Shown one piece after another: positions 1 to 11,492 of a stretch of DNA of 64,000 bases. Below the pieces are notes generated by a model. That model did no database searches and was not told the DNA's origin. It was given only the letters and a program-made list of their open reading frames with translations. The stretch lies in the NCBI RefSeq assembly GCF_018977255.1, contig NW_024704743.1, positions 47,928,001-47,992,000 of the forward strand. Direction: 5' to 3'. The position numbers and the translations under genes were made by a program. The stretch is from Callorhinchus milii. Its lineage: Eukaryota. Each line of letters opens with the position of its first letter. The stretch's first letter is position 1.

Positions 1-839
1 AGGTGACTGTATTTTATTTGTAGCAGATAATTTATGCGCATCGATATTCCACAAATAGCCATGAAAAGAAAGATTGATTGTTTCTGGGAGATTTTTAGCC
101 AGAGAAGCTCCCTTCTCTTTTTGAAGAACGCAATAGTGTATTTAACGTACACCTTTAATGTTTCAAAGTGTATCAATTAATAGTAAGTTTTCTAACAAAG
201 AACATCTTAAGAAACCGAGGAACTGGAGATCATTTATAATCTTCCAAATAAAATTGCTTTGCTGTATGTAAAGCAAGTCAGCAAATTGTACTAGCTTAGT
301 GAGAAACCTCCATCACCACACATGAGACAAGCTATCCCACAGTTGGGAGCTTGTTCATTCCTCATCCTTACTTGAACTTTAGTTAGCTGCATTTTTCTAG
401 AGAATGATCATTGATGACTGTCCCTGTACTTCCCAGGTTCCAAATTTGTCTTAGTTCTTTGACATGATTAGAAAAATACCAAAGTACCCAGTGAGTTTAA
501 GAAAATGAGATTTCATTCTCACAGACAAGTTAAATAAAAAGTTGATGCCTGAAATGCTGTTTTTCATTATGTACTTTCCTTGCATTTGATATAACGTTTA
601 TAATGTTGAAACATCTCAAAGATGTTCACACCTAATTGCTGTCTAGACTGTGTGGACAATTTTGGTGCCCCACTAGCAAATAAATATTAGAATACAGTAT
701 TAAATAACAGCCATACTGCTGGTGCCAGAGGTCACATGAACTAAAATATCAATAGATTTGGTATATTTTATCTAGAAGATATTGCATGGAACATTATATG
801 CAGCTGGCTGTGCTCCACCATTAGCTCCACAAAACCTAC

Positions 840-1035
840 ACCATTAGTTGTGCTCTCAGCCGCTCCATCCCTAAACTTTGGAACTCCTCTTTGTCCATCA
901 TCAGATCACACATAAAGACTGTGCCTACAGTCACCTCCCCTTTCTCCCCACTTGCTGTGAAACTCTGCCATGGTTAGGTGCTCAGAGACCCTAATGAACG
1001 GCGCCTTATGCAAATGCAAGTTGCTATTGTTGCAG
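840..1035 (+). mobile_element. Degenerate L2 LINE 3' end
   Basis: Resembles the 3' end of the 4220-5368 copy (cagccgctccatccc...tggaactcc) and ends in aaatgcaagttgctattgttg. Confidence 0.6.
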
Positions 1036-1884
1036 TCTGTAAAAGAAATCAGAGGCTCCTACAATGGTCCTGTGCTGTTTAGTCAGATGAATACTGAGCT
1101 CAGGTCCACATTGCTCTTCATCTTTGCAAGGTCATTAAAATGAGAACCGAGACCTGAGGGTTGGGGGGGAGGGGTAAGGGAGGGAGAAATAAGTATATCG
1201 GGTCCCCTGGCATTGGGGAGACAAGACGGCCCAAGTAAGGCAGGTTTACAATCTTTCCTCTACTTAAGGTCTATCTAGAAAATACTTTGGAGTGGGTATT
1301 GGCATGTGATATAGGAGTCTAAAATGCAGGAATTTAAATACAATTCTTCAATAAAAAATCCAAGGAACTCTCACTATTGGAATAAGTGTGAAATATTTTG
1401 TAGTGGGTATTGGCAGTGTAATAAAAGCTCATTATGAGTGAAGCTTCACATTTGACAGCACCAAAGTGTTTGAAGGAAGCAAAAAGAATTTGTTTTTGTA
1501 GAGCGGTGCTAATTAACATGTTTACAGTGACAAAATGCGGCACATATTCAAAAATAACATTTTGTGATTTCATCTGAGCCAGCAAAATAACTTGCCTAGC
1601 TCAATTAAAATTGAGGGCATTTGTTATAGAACAATTTAGCAAATTCAGCTTTTTGTTCGAATAAATTCAAATTTGCTGCCTCTTCCATTTGCTGATAAAA
1701 TGACACAAGTGAGGCTTTTACCTGAGTGAGGCATCAATGTGACTTCTGCGGTCTGATCTTCTGGTGAAAGCAGAACCTGCACAGTTTGTATAGGTGACAC
1801 AAGACTTCTGAAGACTTATCATTTAAAAAATGGAAAATACTACTCTTAATCTGCACAAGAGCAAGAGAAAGGTATTTTTTCTTG

Positions 1885-2230
1885 CAATCTATTCAGTGAT
1901 ATGATAGGGTAGATAGAAATAGATTATTACCACTGAGCCACAATTTCAAGATAATCACAAAAAGAGTTAAAAGGGAGGTTAGAAAACAAATATTTACATA
2001 CCAACAACACGGAAGGTTATCAGAATGTAGAATTCTCTGCCACAGACCACTGTTAAAGCAGAGTCTGTAATTATTTTAAAAGGCAATTAGATTGATACTT
2101 GGAAAAACATTAAAGTGTGTGTGGAGTAAGGGAGAAGAGAAAGATTAGTCAAGGTGGCTCATGTAGAGAAAATCATCAGCGCAGAATTGATGAGCAAATG
2201 ATATATTGTAACATTCCACAATTCTGTGAA
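1885..2230 (+). mobile_element. Highly degenerate CR1 LINE 3' end
   Basis: Motifs gtagatagaaatagattatt and agaattctctgccacag, plus a tail-like cacaattctgtga, resemble the reverse complement of 36279-36600. Confidence 0.55.
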
Positions 2231-2704
2231 TATTCCTGTGGAGAAGTACCTGATTATTATTTGTTTTTTTCCTTGAATACCTGACCCCCTGAGCTGAACA
2301 GTTCATTCAATTCTGAGTTGGGTCTTTGGGAGCCAGGAAAACCAGCCACTTTACAATATATTATGAGTTGTCTCCAGAGACAGGTCTAGAAAATCTATGA
2401 TAAAAATATGTAACATGAACATAATAGGGTGGGGGTGGGATTGGTGTTATAACCACTTCGCGTGTGAATATGATGGTGACAAGATGGTGATCAGGCTGAA
2501 TCTCAGTTAGGTGTTAAATTGAGTGTCTCTGGCTATAGAATAAGGGGAGCTGGATTCCTTTGTTCTGCTCTTTTTGAGACCTTGCTGTGAAATCACACTA
2601 ACTCAGCTCTCAGTGGATGAGAAAAGTGACATTCTTCTAACTCACTTGCAAAACTATTGTTGATGAACAATCAAAATGATTTCACTTTCTTCACTTGTTT
2701 TCAG

Positions 2705-2824
2705 GTCTGTGGTCTCTGTATACAATGCACTAGAATTTCAAGCAAACATCCACACCCTTACAATCAAATAAAAACACAAGTGTGGGAGAACAAACCCAGT
2801 TTACATTGGAGGTATAATTCCAAG
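2705..2824 (+). CDS. Candidate 120-nt internal exon, unidentified (VCGLCIQCTRISSKHPHPYNQIKTQVWENKPSLHWRYNSK in phase 0)
   Basis: Strong acceptor ttcactttcttcacttgttttcag and donor AAG|gtgagc. Length is a multiple of 3 and only phase 0 is open. No protein family recognised. Confidence 0.3.
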
Positions 2825-2855
2825 GTGAGCTTGGTATGACACCACAAATTGACCT

Positions 2856-3400
2856 TATGTATTGGTTAGAGTACTCTCCTCACAAGCAAGAGGACCTGGG
2901 TTCGATTCCCGAGCAGGGCAAAATATTGGGCAAGTTCCTTATTCCACATGCCTGTTTTTACCTAGCAGTAATGTAGAATACAGTTGTTAGTCAATTGGCA
3001 TATCACTTTTCCAGGAGTAATAATCACTTCAAAAAAATTGACTCCACAGTTGACACAGCATCTTGCCCTTTGTTCACATTCTCAACTCACCACTCAGCTC
3101 ACAATCCCAATGTAACCCTCAGGTCTCATTCCAAACTGAAACATTACATTCCTAGACTCAACTCAGCTCACATTCCAGACTCAACCATTGACCCAAACAT
3201 CAGACTAGAAGTCATTATTTGAATAATCTGGTCACTCAATCCACGACTGTTTGTGGGCCACTGCTGTGCGCAATTGGCTGCTGCGTTTTGCCCCAAAAAT
3301 ATACAGTCAACTCCCTTTACGGTATAGTCTGTGAAGTGCTTTGAAATTTCTCAATGACATGATACGGCGCTATATCAAATGAAAGGATTGTTGTTATTAT
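2856..3400 (+). mobile_element. tRNA-Ala-derived Deu-domain SINE, long form, with a ~185-bp insert at 3036-3220
   Basis: tRNA head with B box gggttcgattccc, central ccacgactgtttgtggg..ctgctgtgcgcaattggctgc, and tail aagtgctttga..gcgctatatcaaatg..gattgttgttatt. Confidence 0.85.
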
Positions 3401-4219
3401 GAGCTGCAGTCGGTCCTTAGAATCTGGTTGAGAATGGCTACTTCCATGATGGAGATCTGTACAACAAACATTAACATTTAATTCGCAGGTACCATTGAGG
3501 CTGGCAAGGTGCCAACTGTAATAAAATGTTGAATTAACCTTTGACAAGTGATGCATAAATTCAACAAGAAAGATGGCATAAGGTTCAAATTGTGAGACTA
3601 ATGCCAACATAAATCCATTCTTATTTATCAAGATAAAACATCTCATATATCTCCCAGTTGCTCATGTCAAAGTCTTGGCTCAGTACATACAAAATAGTGA
3701 TATTCTCAGTCATCTTTACAATGAATGAAACTGAAAGAAATACTTCACATTTCTGAGTGAGATTTACAGGGTGATGTCTCCAGCTGCACTTTTTCACAAG
3801 GCAAGTAATATGCAAAACTTTACATCGAGGTGTCATCCTGATGCAATTGGTAAGATGCAATTGATTTGAAAAGAGAATGCCAGCAATCGCCCATATTTAA
3901 AGATTAGTAATTCACTCCTTGCCTCCTAGTGAGTTATTGCTATTTGGAAATTGGCTGACATGTTCACCTACAAATACATATTCACTGCACTTCCTAGAAA
4001 CTTTGTGCAGTGCTTTGAGATGCGTTCTGCATATCTAATTGGGAGTGAAGCCACTACCAGCCATTCGAAAAGTATTAATACATTTCAGTAGTTCATTTTG
4101 TTTTTCTTTTCACTTATGGTCTTCTTTTTAGCTTCAAACCCTGTAGTTACTTAGAACCTCTATCCAGCAAAAGGATGGATGGATTTGATGTGTGACCTTC
4201 TCAATTATGACATTGAATG

Positions 4220-5368
4220 TCCTATCTCTCTCACCGTCTCCACTTTGTTGCCTCTAACGGTTTCTCCTCCAGCCCCTGCACTGTCACGTCTGGCGGGACG
4301 CCAGGGCTCTGTCCTTGGCCCTCTCCTCTTTAATATCTACATGCTCCCCCTTGGTGACATCATCCGCAGACATGGGGTCAACTTCCACATGTATGCAGAT
4401 GACACCCAACTCTACTTTCTGCCTCCACCCTCAACTCCAGGACCACTGCTGTCCTGACAGACTGTCTGTCGGACATCAAGTCCTGGATGAGGGCAAATTT
4501 CCTACAGTTGAATGTGAACAAGACTGAGGCCCTCCTGATTGCCTCGCGCCAGCGCCTCAGCACCTCAGGCTCTGGCAACATCAACCTCCATGGCTGTACA
4601 CTTCAACTCACCAAGCCAGTCAGGAACCTAGGTATCTTGTTCGATCCTCAACTGTCTTTTCTTCCCCACATCCAAGCCATGACCCGCTCTACCTTCCCTC
4701 ACCTCCGTAACATCGCCCGACTCCGCCACTACCTCACCCCTCAGGCCACTGAAACTCTTGTTCATGCCTTCATCACCTCCAGGCTTGACTATGCAAATAC
4801 CCTGTTTGTCGGCCTTCCCAACTCCTCCCTCCACAGGCTGCAGATAATCCAGAACTCTGCAGCCCGTGTCCTCTCCTGCACCAAACTCCATGACCCCGTC
4901 TCCCCCATTCTCACCCGACTCCATTGGCTCCCTATCCTTCAGAGAATGCAGTTCAAGATCCTGGTCCTCATCTACAAAGCCCTCCATGGCCTCGCCCCAC
5001 CCTACTTCTGTGACCTCCTAACCCCCTACCAACCCGCCCGTTCCCTCCGCTCAGCCGGCTCTGGCCTGCTCCACGTCCCCCAACCCACTCGCCCCACCAT
5101 TGGCAGGAGAGCCTTCAGCCACTCTGCCCCCAACCTCTGGAACTCCATCCCCCAGTCACTCCGGCTCACCTCTCCTTAGCCTCCTTCAAGTCCTGTCTCA
5201 AGACCCTCCTCTTTGACCATGCGATTGGCCACCTCCCCTTCCCCTCCCCTCCCTTCTCCCCCCCTGACCCCAGCTCGGGTCTGAAATGCTGTACACTGTC
5301 CAGTGCCTTGGGAAGACCTCCCGATGTGAAAGGAGCTATACAAATGTAATCTTGTTGTTGTTGTTGTT
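4220..5368 (+). mobile_element. 5'-truncated L2-clade LINE (ORF2 RT C-terminal part and 3' UTR), frameshifted
   Basis: RT motifs [14 protein letters not shown] and [10 protein letters not shown], then [18 protein letters not shown] and LHWLPI..R..FKI. Ends in a (TTG)n tail. Confidence 0.95.
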
Positions 5369-5449
5369 GAATGGCACTGAATGATATGGAGGTAGAAGCC
5401 CCCTTTCAAGCAAATTCTATCACTTTATGTGTCTTTTTTTCTTTTTTAG

Positions 5450-5587
5450 AGACTGAGTATTTTTCTCCGGACTGGCTCTTCAGAAGACCCCAATGAGAAT
5501 AGTGAACCTCACCCAACTGCAGAAGCAGTTATGAGTAGCTCTTTAATGCAAACTCAGAAATCTCCCGTTAAATTCATTAATCGTTAG
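5450..5587 (+). CDS. Candidate terminal exon (RLSIFLRTGSSEDPNENSEPHPTAEAVMSSSLMQTQKSPVKFINR*)
   Basis: Strong polypyrimidine acceptor (T-rich tract ending tag at 5447-5449), 46 codons to TAG in phase 0, AATAAA at 5690-5695. No homology recognised. Confidence 0.2.
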   Translation, partial: RLSIFLRTGSSEDPNENSEPHPTAEAVMSSSLMQTQKSPVKFINR

Positions 5588-6509
5588 GATTCTGACCGCT
5601 CATTCTCTAAACCCTTGAGTAAATCCAAAAATATATCCTGAAACATTGTGCAAGGCAAGTTTGGTTGGCAGCAGCCCCCAAAACAAACCAATAAAACCAC
5701 TCTAATGAGGGTGGTTTGATTTTTTTGTCTTAATAGAATCACCAAGAAAAATGTATTTCTGACTAACAATATGTGCTGACCTTAAGGAATCTGGGAACGA
5801 GATGCCCAGGCTTAAGAAACACAGCACGTCTTTGTTTCCAAGCATCTCTTGTGGTTTGAACATTATTTGGCAATGAAGAAATGAACTTCCTTATTTCATC
5901 CACTATAAATACCCAACAGTTGGCGTCAATACAAAGATCACAAACAGCTACTGTTAAAATAAGTCTATAACAATGTTCAGAATGTTTCTCCTTCTAGAAA
6001 GAAAGTAACATTGTACAGGTTTCAGATGGGAGATCAGAGTATATTTAAATTTCTGACATTGTTCGAGTACCACAGCAAAACCACACAAGATTGCAGGTTA
6101 ACCATTTTGTCTAATTTCAAGACGTGCTGTGCTTCTAATGTTAAAAATAACTAGCCTATTGCATTCAGAAATAATAACATCTGCAGCATGCTAGTGTGCT
6201 AGTGGACTGTGCTGCAGAGTGGTAAGACATGGATCGAGACCTCTCCTTCTCACCTCTCCTGGTTCCACACAAGATGAGGCTTCAGATGGCCAACTGACTG
6301 AGCATTGTTCTTAATGGAAAAAGGCAGAACTTGGAATGAAACTGATACAATTAAAAAATCTAAAATAATACTAAATTAGTAATCTACATATTTGATATAA
6401 TTATTTAATATATTTAATATAGTCATGCCTTCAAAATGTCTCACGACAATTTATAGGATATACTGTGTAGTGACTGTGCATTTGTAGGTGAACACAGCCA
6501 ATTTGCATA

Positions 6510-7185
6510 ATTCACCACGTCCTTCTTATTACCTCTTTCTTCGGCACTTCCAAACGCAGCCAAAATCCTCATCCATGCATTCGTCACCTCCCCACGCAAC
6601 TACTCCAACGCCTTCCTCGCTGATTTCCCCAGCCCCACTATCCACAAAATCCAGTTAATCCAGAACTCCGCTATCTGCATACTCACCTGCACTAAACTCT
6701 GTACCCCTTTCTTGCAGAGATGCAGACTCTGTAACCCTTTCTTCAGGGTTACTGGTTCCCAATCACCGAACGGATTGATTTCAAGATTGTCACACTCGTC
6801 TTCAAACCCCTTCATGCCTGGGCACCGCCTGACCTCTCTGACCTGCCTACTCCCCAATCCACTACCTGCCACATCTGCTTGACTGGCTCTGCCTCTTGCT
6901 TGTCCCTCATGCCCTCCATTCCACCATCAGTGACTTTGCTTTCAGCCACTATGCCCTGAAACGCTGGAACTCTTTCCCTCAATCTCTTTGCCTTACCCTC
7001 TCTTTTCCCATCTACAGGTCATACTTGACAACCTTCCTCTTCGACTGTGCTTATGGTAACACCCCCCCCACCCCATATCCCCCACCCCTCATCTCTTGGC
7101 TCGGTGTCAGGCTCTGCCACTGTCAAACACTCTGAGATGCTACTCTGCTTGAGGGAGCTATATAAATGCCAATTGTTGTTGTTCC
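6510..7185 (+). mobile_element. Older, degenerate L2 LINE 3' fragment
   Basis: catgcattcgtcacctcc, atccagaactc and ttcaagattgtc match ORF2 of 4220-5368. Tail tataaatgccaattgttgttgtt. Confidence 0.85.
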
Positions 7186-8244
7186 AAAACTCACAATCTA
7201 CAAACCTCACTGTTGTATTGAGTTCCTTATTACAATGGTTTATCTGACTACATTCTGCCCATCCACTAGTCTGTTTTCCATGCAGATTGTATCACATCCT
7301 TTGCCATTCTTCATTCACATCACAGTGATTTGAACCGATAAAACATTTTTTACAGACACTTAATAAAAAGCATGAGAATTACTGTCTAGTCTTTTCCAAC
7401 GTGAAATAAATGAAATGCACCTTTTATTTTCCAATTACAAAAGTAAATTTCATGGCCACTTATTTCTTTGCTGATATTCGACAAAGTTAATTTGTTTGGC
7501 AGCATTCCAGAATATACAACATTATGACTCAAAAGTACATTGTAAGGAACATCTCTTCAGATGATTTGGCACTTCTTTTGTACCAGGAATGATCTGCTAC
7601 TTTGGGTTCACTTCCAGCATTGGGTTGTTGTTTATACGTGTAATCTGAGCATGAATACAAACCTGATCCATGATGCAATAATACAACATTGGAGATTTAT
7701 TAATGCACTGAGGTTTTGATTTTTTATTATTCCTTTATAATTGTAAAGAAAGAGAATCATTTGCTGAGAGCCACACTAGGTAATTACAGGCTGAATGGTT
7801 TAATAACTGCTGTACATCTCCTAAATTATAAAAGAACTCTAATCAGCTCTTTAATGAGAATGCAATTTAATCCTCATTTAAATGGAGCTTTTTAATTAAG
7901 TTCCAGCCATATCTGAAGCTAAGTTCTGAAATCAGTTTACACTGTGTAAGCGTTTTACACTACTGCGTGAATTGACTCCAGAAAACCATTCACATCATGT
8001 CCCAGGGGATTTGAATTGGTTATGTGTTATGGGAAAAACAAAAATAAACTGGAAAAGGTTATCGACCTTCATGTCCCCCGTCCTTCCGCACTACCATCGG
8101 TGGGTGAGCTTTCAGCATTTTGTCCCTGCTCTCTGGTAGATTACAGACGACCTTGAAAACTCAGAAGTAAAAGGAGCTCCAAGGGCACATGACAGAGCAG
8201 AATTGCATATGCTTCATGCTCCTGCATAAGGAGGCTGTGTGTGA

Positions 8245-8325
8245 AGTATTTTTTTGGTCAGCTGGATGTCTGACACATGCGGAAACCCACCACCACTTAA
8301 GAGTATGCACACCAGACGAAGTTCT
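8245..8325 (+). repeat. Unclassified interspersed repeat, 5' fragment (copy A)
   Basis: ttggtcagctggatgtctgacacatgcggaaa..cttaagagtat resembles 38828-38885. Confidence 0.5.
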
Positions 8326-9119
8326 CAATGGGGGCATTTCCGCATTAAATATTGGACACTTTTAACTTCAAAACTCTTTAACTCTTTCAGGACAAATGCA
8401 CCAAAATCTTGATTCCTATGAGTGCAGGTACAGGACAGCTAACCTCGATCCTGTCCTCTCCCAATGGCCATCAGCTGTCCCTTTCAGTTTGGAGAGGGAT
8501 TAGCTTTTCTTCTTGAGAATCCTCAGGAGCAGAGCAGGATTCCTGGCTTCAAAGTCATTGCATTAAAAATAACCCCAAATGTTTTGAGCCACTCACACCT
8601 CATTGCTCTGATCACTGAATATGGACAGTTTGGCTCCACTAAGTGTATGAAACTGGAGCATGTTGATTTATTAGGCAACTTTAAATTCATAACGTGATTA
8701 AAAAAACAGTAAATATAATACTGAGGTCTTGCATGCAATTTTGCCGTATGCTTAGCTCTAGTTTGCTTTTAAAATTTTAGAATAAAAAGAGAAAATGAAC
8801 CTATCCATAAACACTAATGATAATTTCCTTTTTCTTCCCACCATGCATCACTCATTGTCACCATGAACTGGGAAAAGGCCTGCTAATAAGAAGCAAACTT
8901 AGGAACAAACATTTGCATAACCACTACCTCAGAGCCCACATGCTATACTAATTGCCTGATAGCAATTAAAATGATTAACTTAGAGTAATGTATATATATT
9001 TGTGCAATTAACCAGCTTTTGCACACTGCATGAGTGGTCATTTACTGCTCCTAATATGCCCTTTGCCACACAGTCTTAATGCATCTGCCCACCCTTGATA
9101 CCCACTTCACATGAGCACA

Positions 9120-9990
9120 GGATTTATTCAGATCAATGTTTTCGGTCAGCTGGAAATCCATCACTGTGCTTCAGAGTACCAAACCAAACTGAGAATTCCA
9201 TGCATCCCACCTACACATACAAATCCGAGAGATAGATTATTGGAATGCGCACTCTGTCCCTGGAGGGATGCATCCTGTTTAACTAATTCCAGAAAGTACT
9301 ACCAAAACAACAAGTACTTGCATTTATATAGCGCTCTCCACGTGGGGCAGCGTCTCAGAGTGCTTAACAGTAGTGGAGCCTGATTCCGAGCCGGGGAGTG
9401 GGAGGTGACCGTAAACATGCTGTAAAAGGAAGGTTTTCAGACTGGACTTGAAAAAGGGGAGAGAGGGGGCAAGACGGAGGGATTGAGGGAGAGTGTTCCA
9501 CAGTATCAGAGCATAGTGGCTGAATGCGCGACCTCCAATGGTGGAGCGGAGGGGGAAGGGACAAGTAGGAGTCCAGTGCCAGGTGGTGGATTGGGGAGTG
9601 AAGAGGTTGGAGAGGTAGGGAGGTGAATGGATTCAAACACAAGTGTGAGGATCTTGAAGTTGATTAGGTGCAGGTTGGTAAGAGCCAAGTCTTGAGACCC
9701 CAGAGAATGCGTTGGGGTACTGCTGGAGTCTAACCAACCCAAACCGCTTAGCTTGGCATTGATAGCACTGTTTGGCAAGCTTTGCTGCTGCTTGTCCAGC
9801 TAGGACCACCATAGCCATTTGGGCTTTGGCTTGCAGGGTTAACAGGAGCTGAGTGGGATGATTCCAAGCCCCCAGTGACTGGTCGACGCCTCCAAGTCTT
9901 GCCAATGAGTCAGGCTGACTATGCTGTAAGCAGTGCCCTGGAGTACTGCGGACCGGACTACCGAGACCGCCACAGAGGGCTGGCTTGCTT
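9120..9990 (+). repeat. Unclassified interspersed repeat (copy B), interrupted by an L2 at ~9304-9665
   Basis: Blocks ccaaaccaaactgagaattcc, tgtccagctaggaccacc, cctccaagtcttgc and gtgccctggagtactgc recur at 48225 and 49770-49935. Confidence 0.75.
9304..9665 (-). mobile_element. L2 LINE 3' end
   Basis: Reverse-strand tail aacaacaagtacttgcatttatatagcgc. Minus ORF contains NFKILTLV. Confidence 0.85.
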
Positions 9991-11384
9991 ACGATATTTT
10001 GTTGCCAGACATGTCACCTTGGCAACGGAATGAAGAAGGCGCTTTGGCTCACTTGATATCATTTTGACCTTACAGAATTCCACCCTCACCCATCCCCCAT
10101 CACAACGCATTTTTTTTAATGAAATGACTTCGCTCCTTATGTTTGGTTCTGTTTGGTTACTAATTTCAATGTGATGATTTTCTGATCTGATTAGCTCTGC
10201 AGCTGACTAAGATATGCACAGTTTCATATCCATATGATTGCCAGGTATAGTTTGAATCTAAACACGAAATTACCCTTTATCAGAAGGCTAAAGAACTTTG
10301 CAGTCTTATTTTGTCAAGACTGAGGTAACATTAAGCACTGCTGACTTTCCATATTATACTCAGTAAAACCATATGCTACATATGCTGTGTTTTGTTTTTG
10401 TGATTTATAACAATTATCAACATGCTGTGAACTGGCTCAGGTACAAAGCATATTCCAAAATGGCTACTTCAAATAAACTGAAACAGAACCAAATGTGCTG
10501 CAAGAAACTTAGTTATGGCCCAGATTTCATGTTAGAAAAACAAGCAGGGAACGGGCTGTCGTTGAACAAAGGGCTTTGTAACAGCGCCCATGCATCCAGG
10601 AACAGATGTGTTCTGGGAACTGATATCACATGTTATGTACCTTTGCAGCGTACATGACCTCCTTTCTTCATTGTTTCGTAATAACACTGGTTTCTGTGGG
10701 TTTAGCTGGGCTCAGACCAAACTAAACTGGCATGCACTCGTCAGCTTTCCTAGCATGAAATAATTTTCACAGATGTGTTATTTCTATGGTGCAGCTTTTT
10801 CCTAAAGTAAAAATAGACTTGAAGTCTGTAGATGACAGATCATGTTGCAAACAAGATAAAGAGTAATGTGGCTTTTATCACCAAACAAAAGTTGTAAATG
10901 TATGATGAGGCACCAGGACTTATTAAGAAAGAGCATTCAAATGTACAGTGCCTGTTTTGAGTGCTTCACTCTCACTACGGTGCCAATTACTCCCTTAGCT
11001 GCAGTGCCAATTACAAATCATATTCCTCTGCATTTGTCAATTGTTAATTGGGTTTGGATGGACACAGTTGAATTATTTTAGGTGGTAAAATAGCACCAGG
11101 TATTTTTTAAAAAAAACATACATTGAATATAATCACAAGTAGCCTAGGTTTTGTTATAAGCTATGTTAACCATTTAGAGGTCTGATAGTCTTCACACAAA
11201 TAGATGTATAGGTGACTGTTTTAACCATATAGCAAAACCTAGGCTGCATATTTACCGCTTGTGTTTTTTCCACTGATAATTTCTATCAGTGAAACCTGGA
11301 AATCTGTGTCTTAATTATCCACTTATCTTATTGACTATCCACTTTCTTGATTATCCACCTTTTTAATTATCTATTAATTACACA

Positions 11385-11492
11385 CACAAATACAGTCACA
11401 TCACTTCACAGTAGATCCTGTGAAGTGCTTTGAGAGGTCTCAATGATGTGGATAAGGCGCTATATGAAATTCAAGTATTATTATCATCATCA
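11385..11492 (+). mobile_element. SINE 3' tail fragment
   Basis: tgtgaagtgctttgagaggtctc..taaggcgctatatgaaattcaagtattattatc. Confidence 0.7.

Noticed and set aside
1722..1850. Minus-strand 129-nt segment with good acceptor and donor
   Set aside because: All three frames contain stops. It could only be non-coding and has no further support.
4487..5179. 230-aa ORF (and 53039-53725, 29503-30138, 37001-37543) as host genes or a novel RT system
   Set aside because: These are truncated, frameshifted L2/CR1 ORF2 fragments with retroposon tails. The antisense ORFs are their shadows.
11315..11360. Three tatccac repeats resembling DnaA boxes
   Set aside because: The context is vertebrate DNA, so this is a short degenerate tandem repeat.
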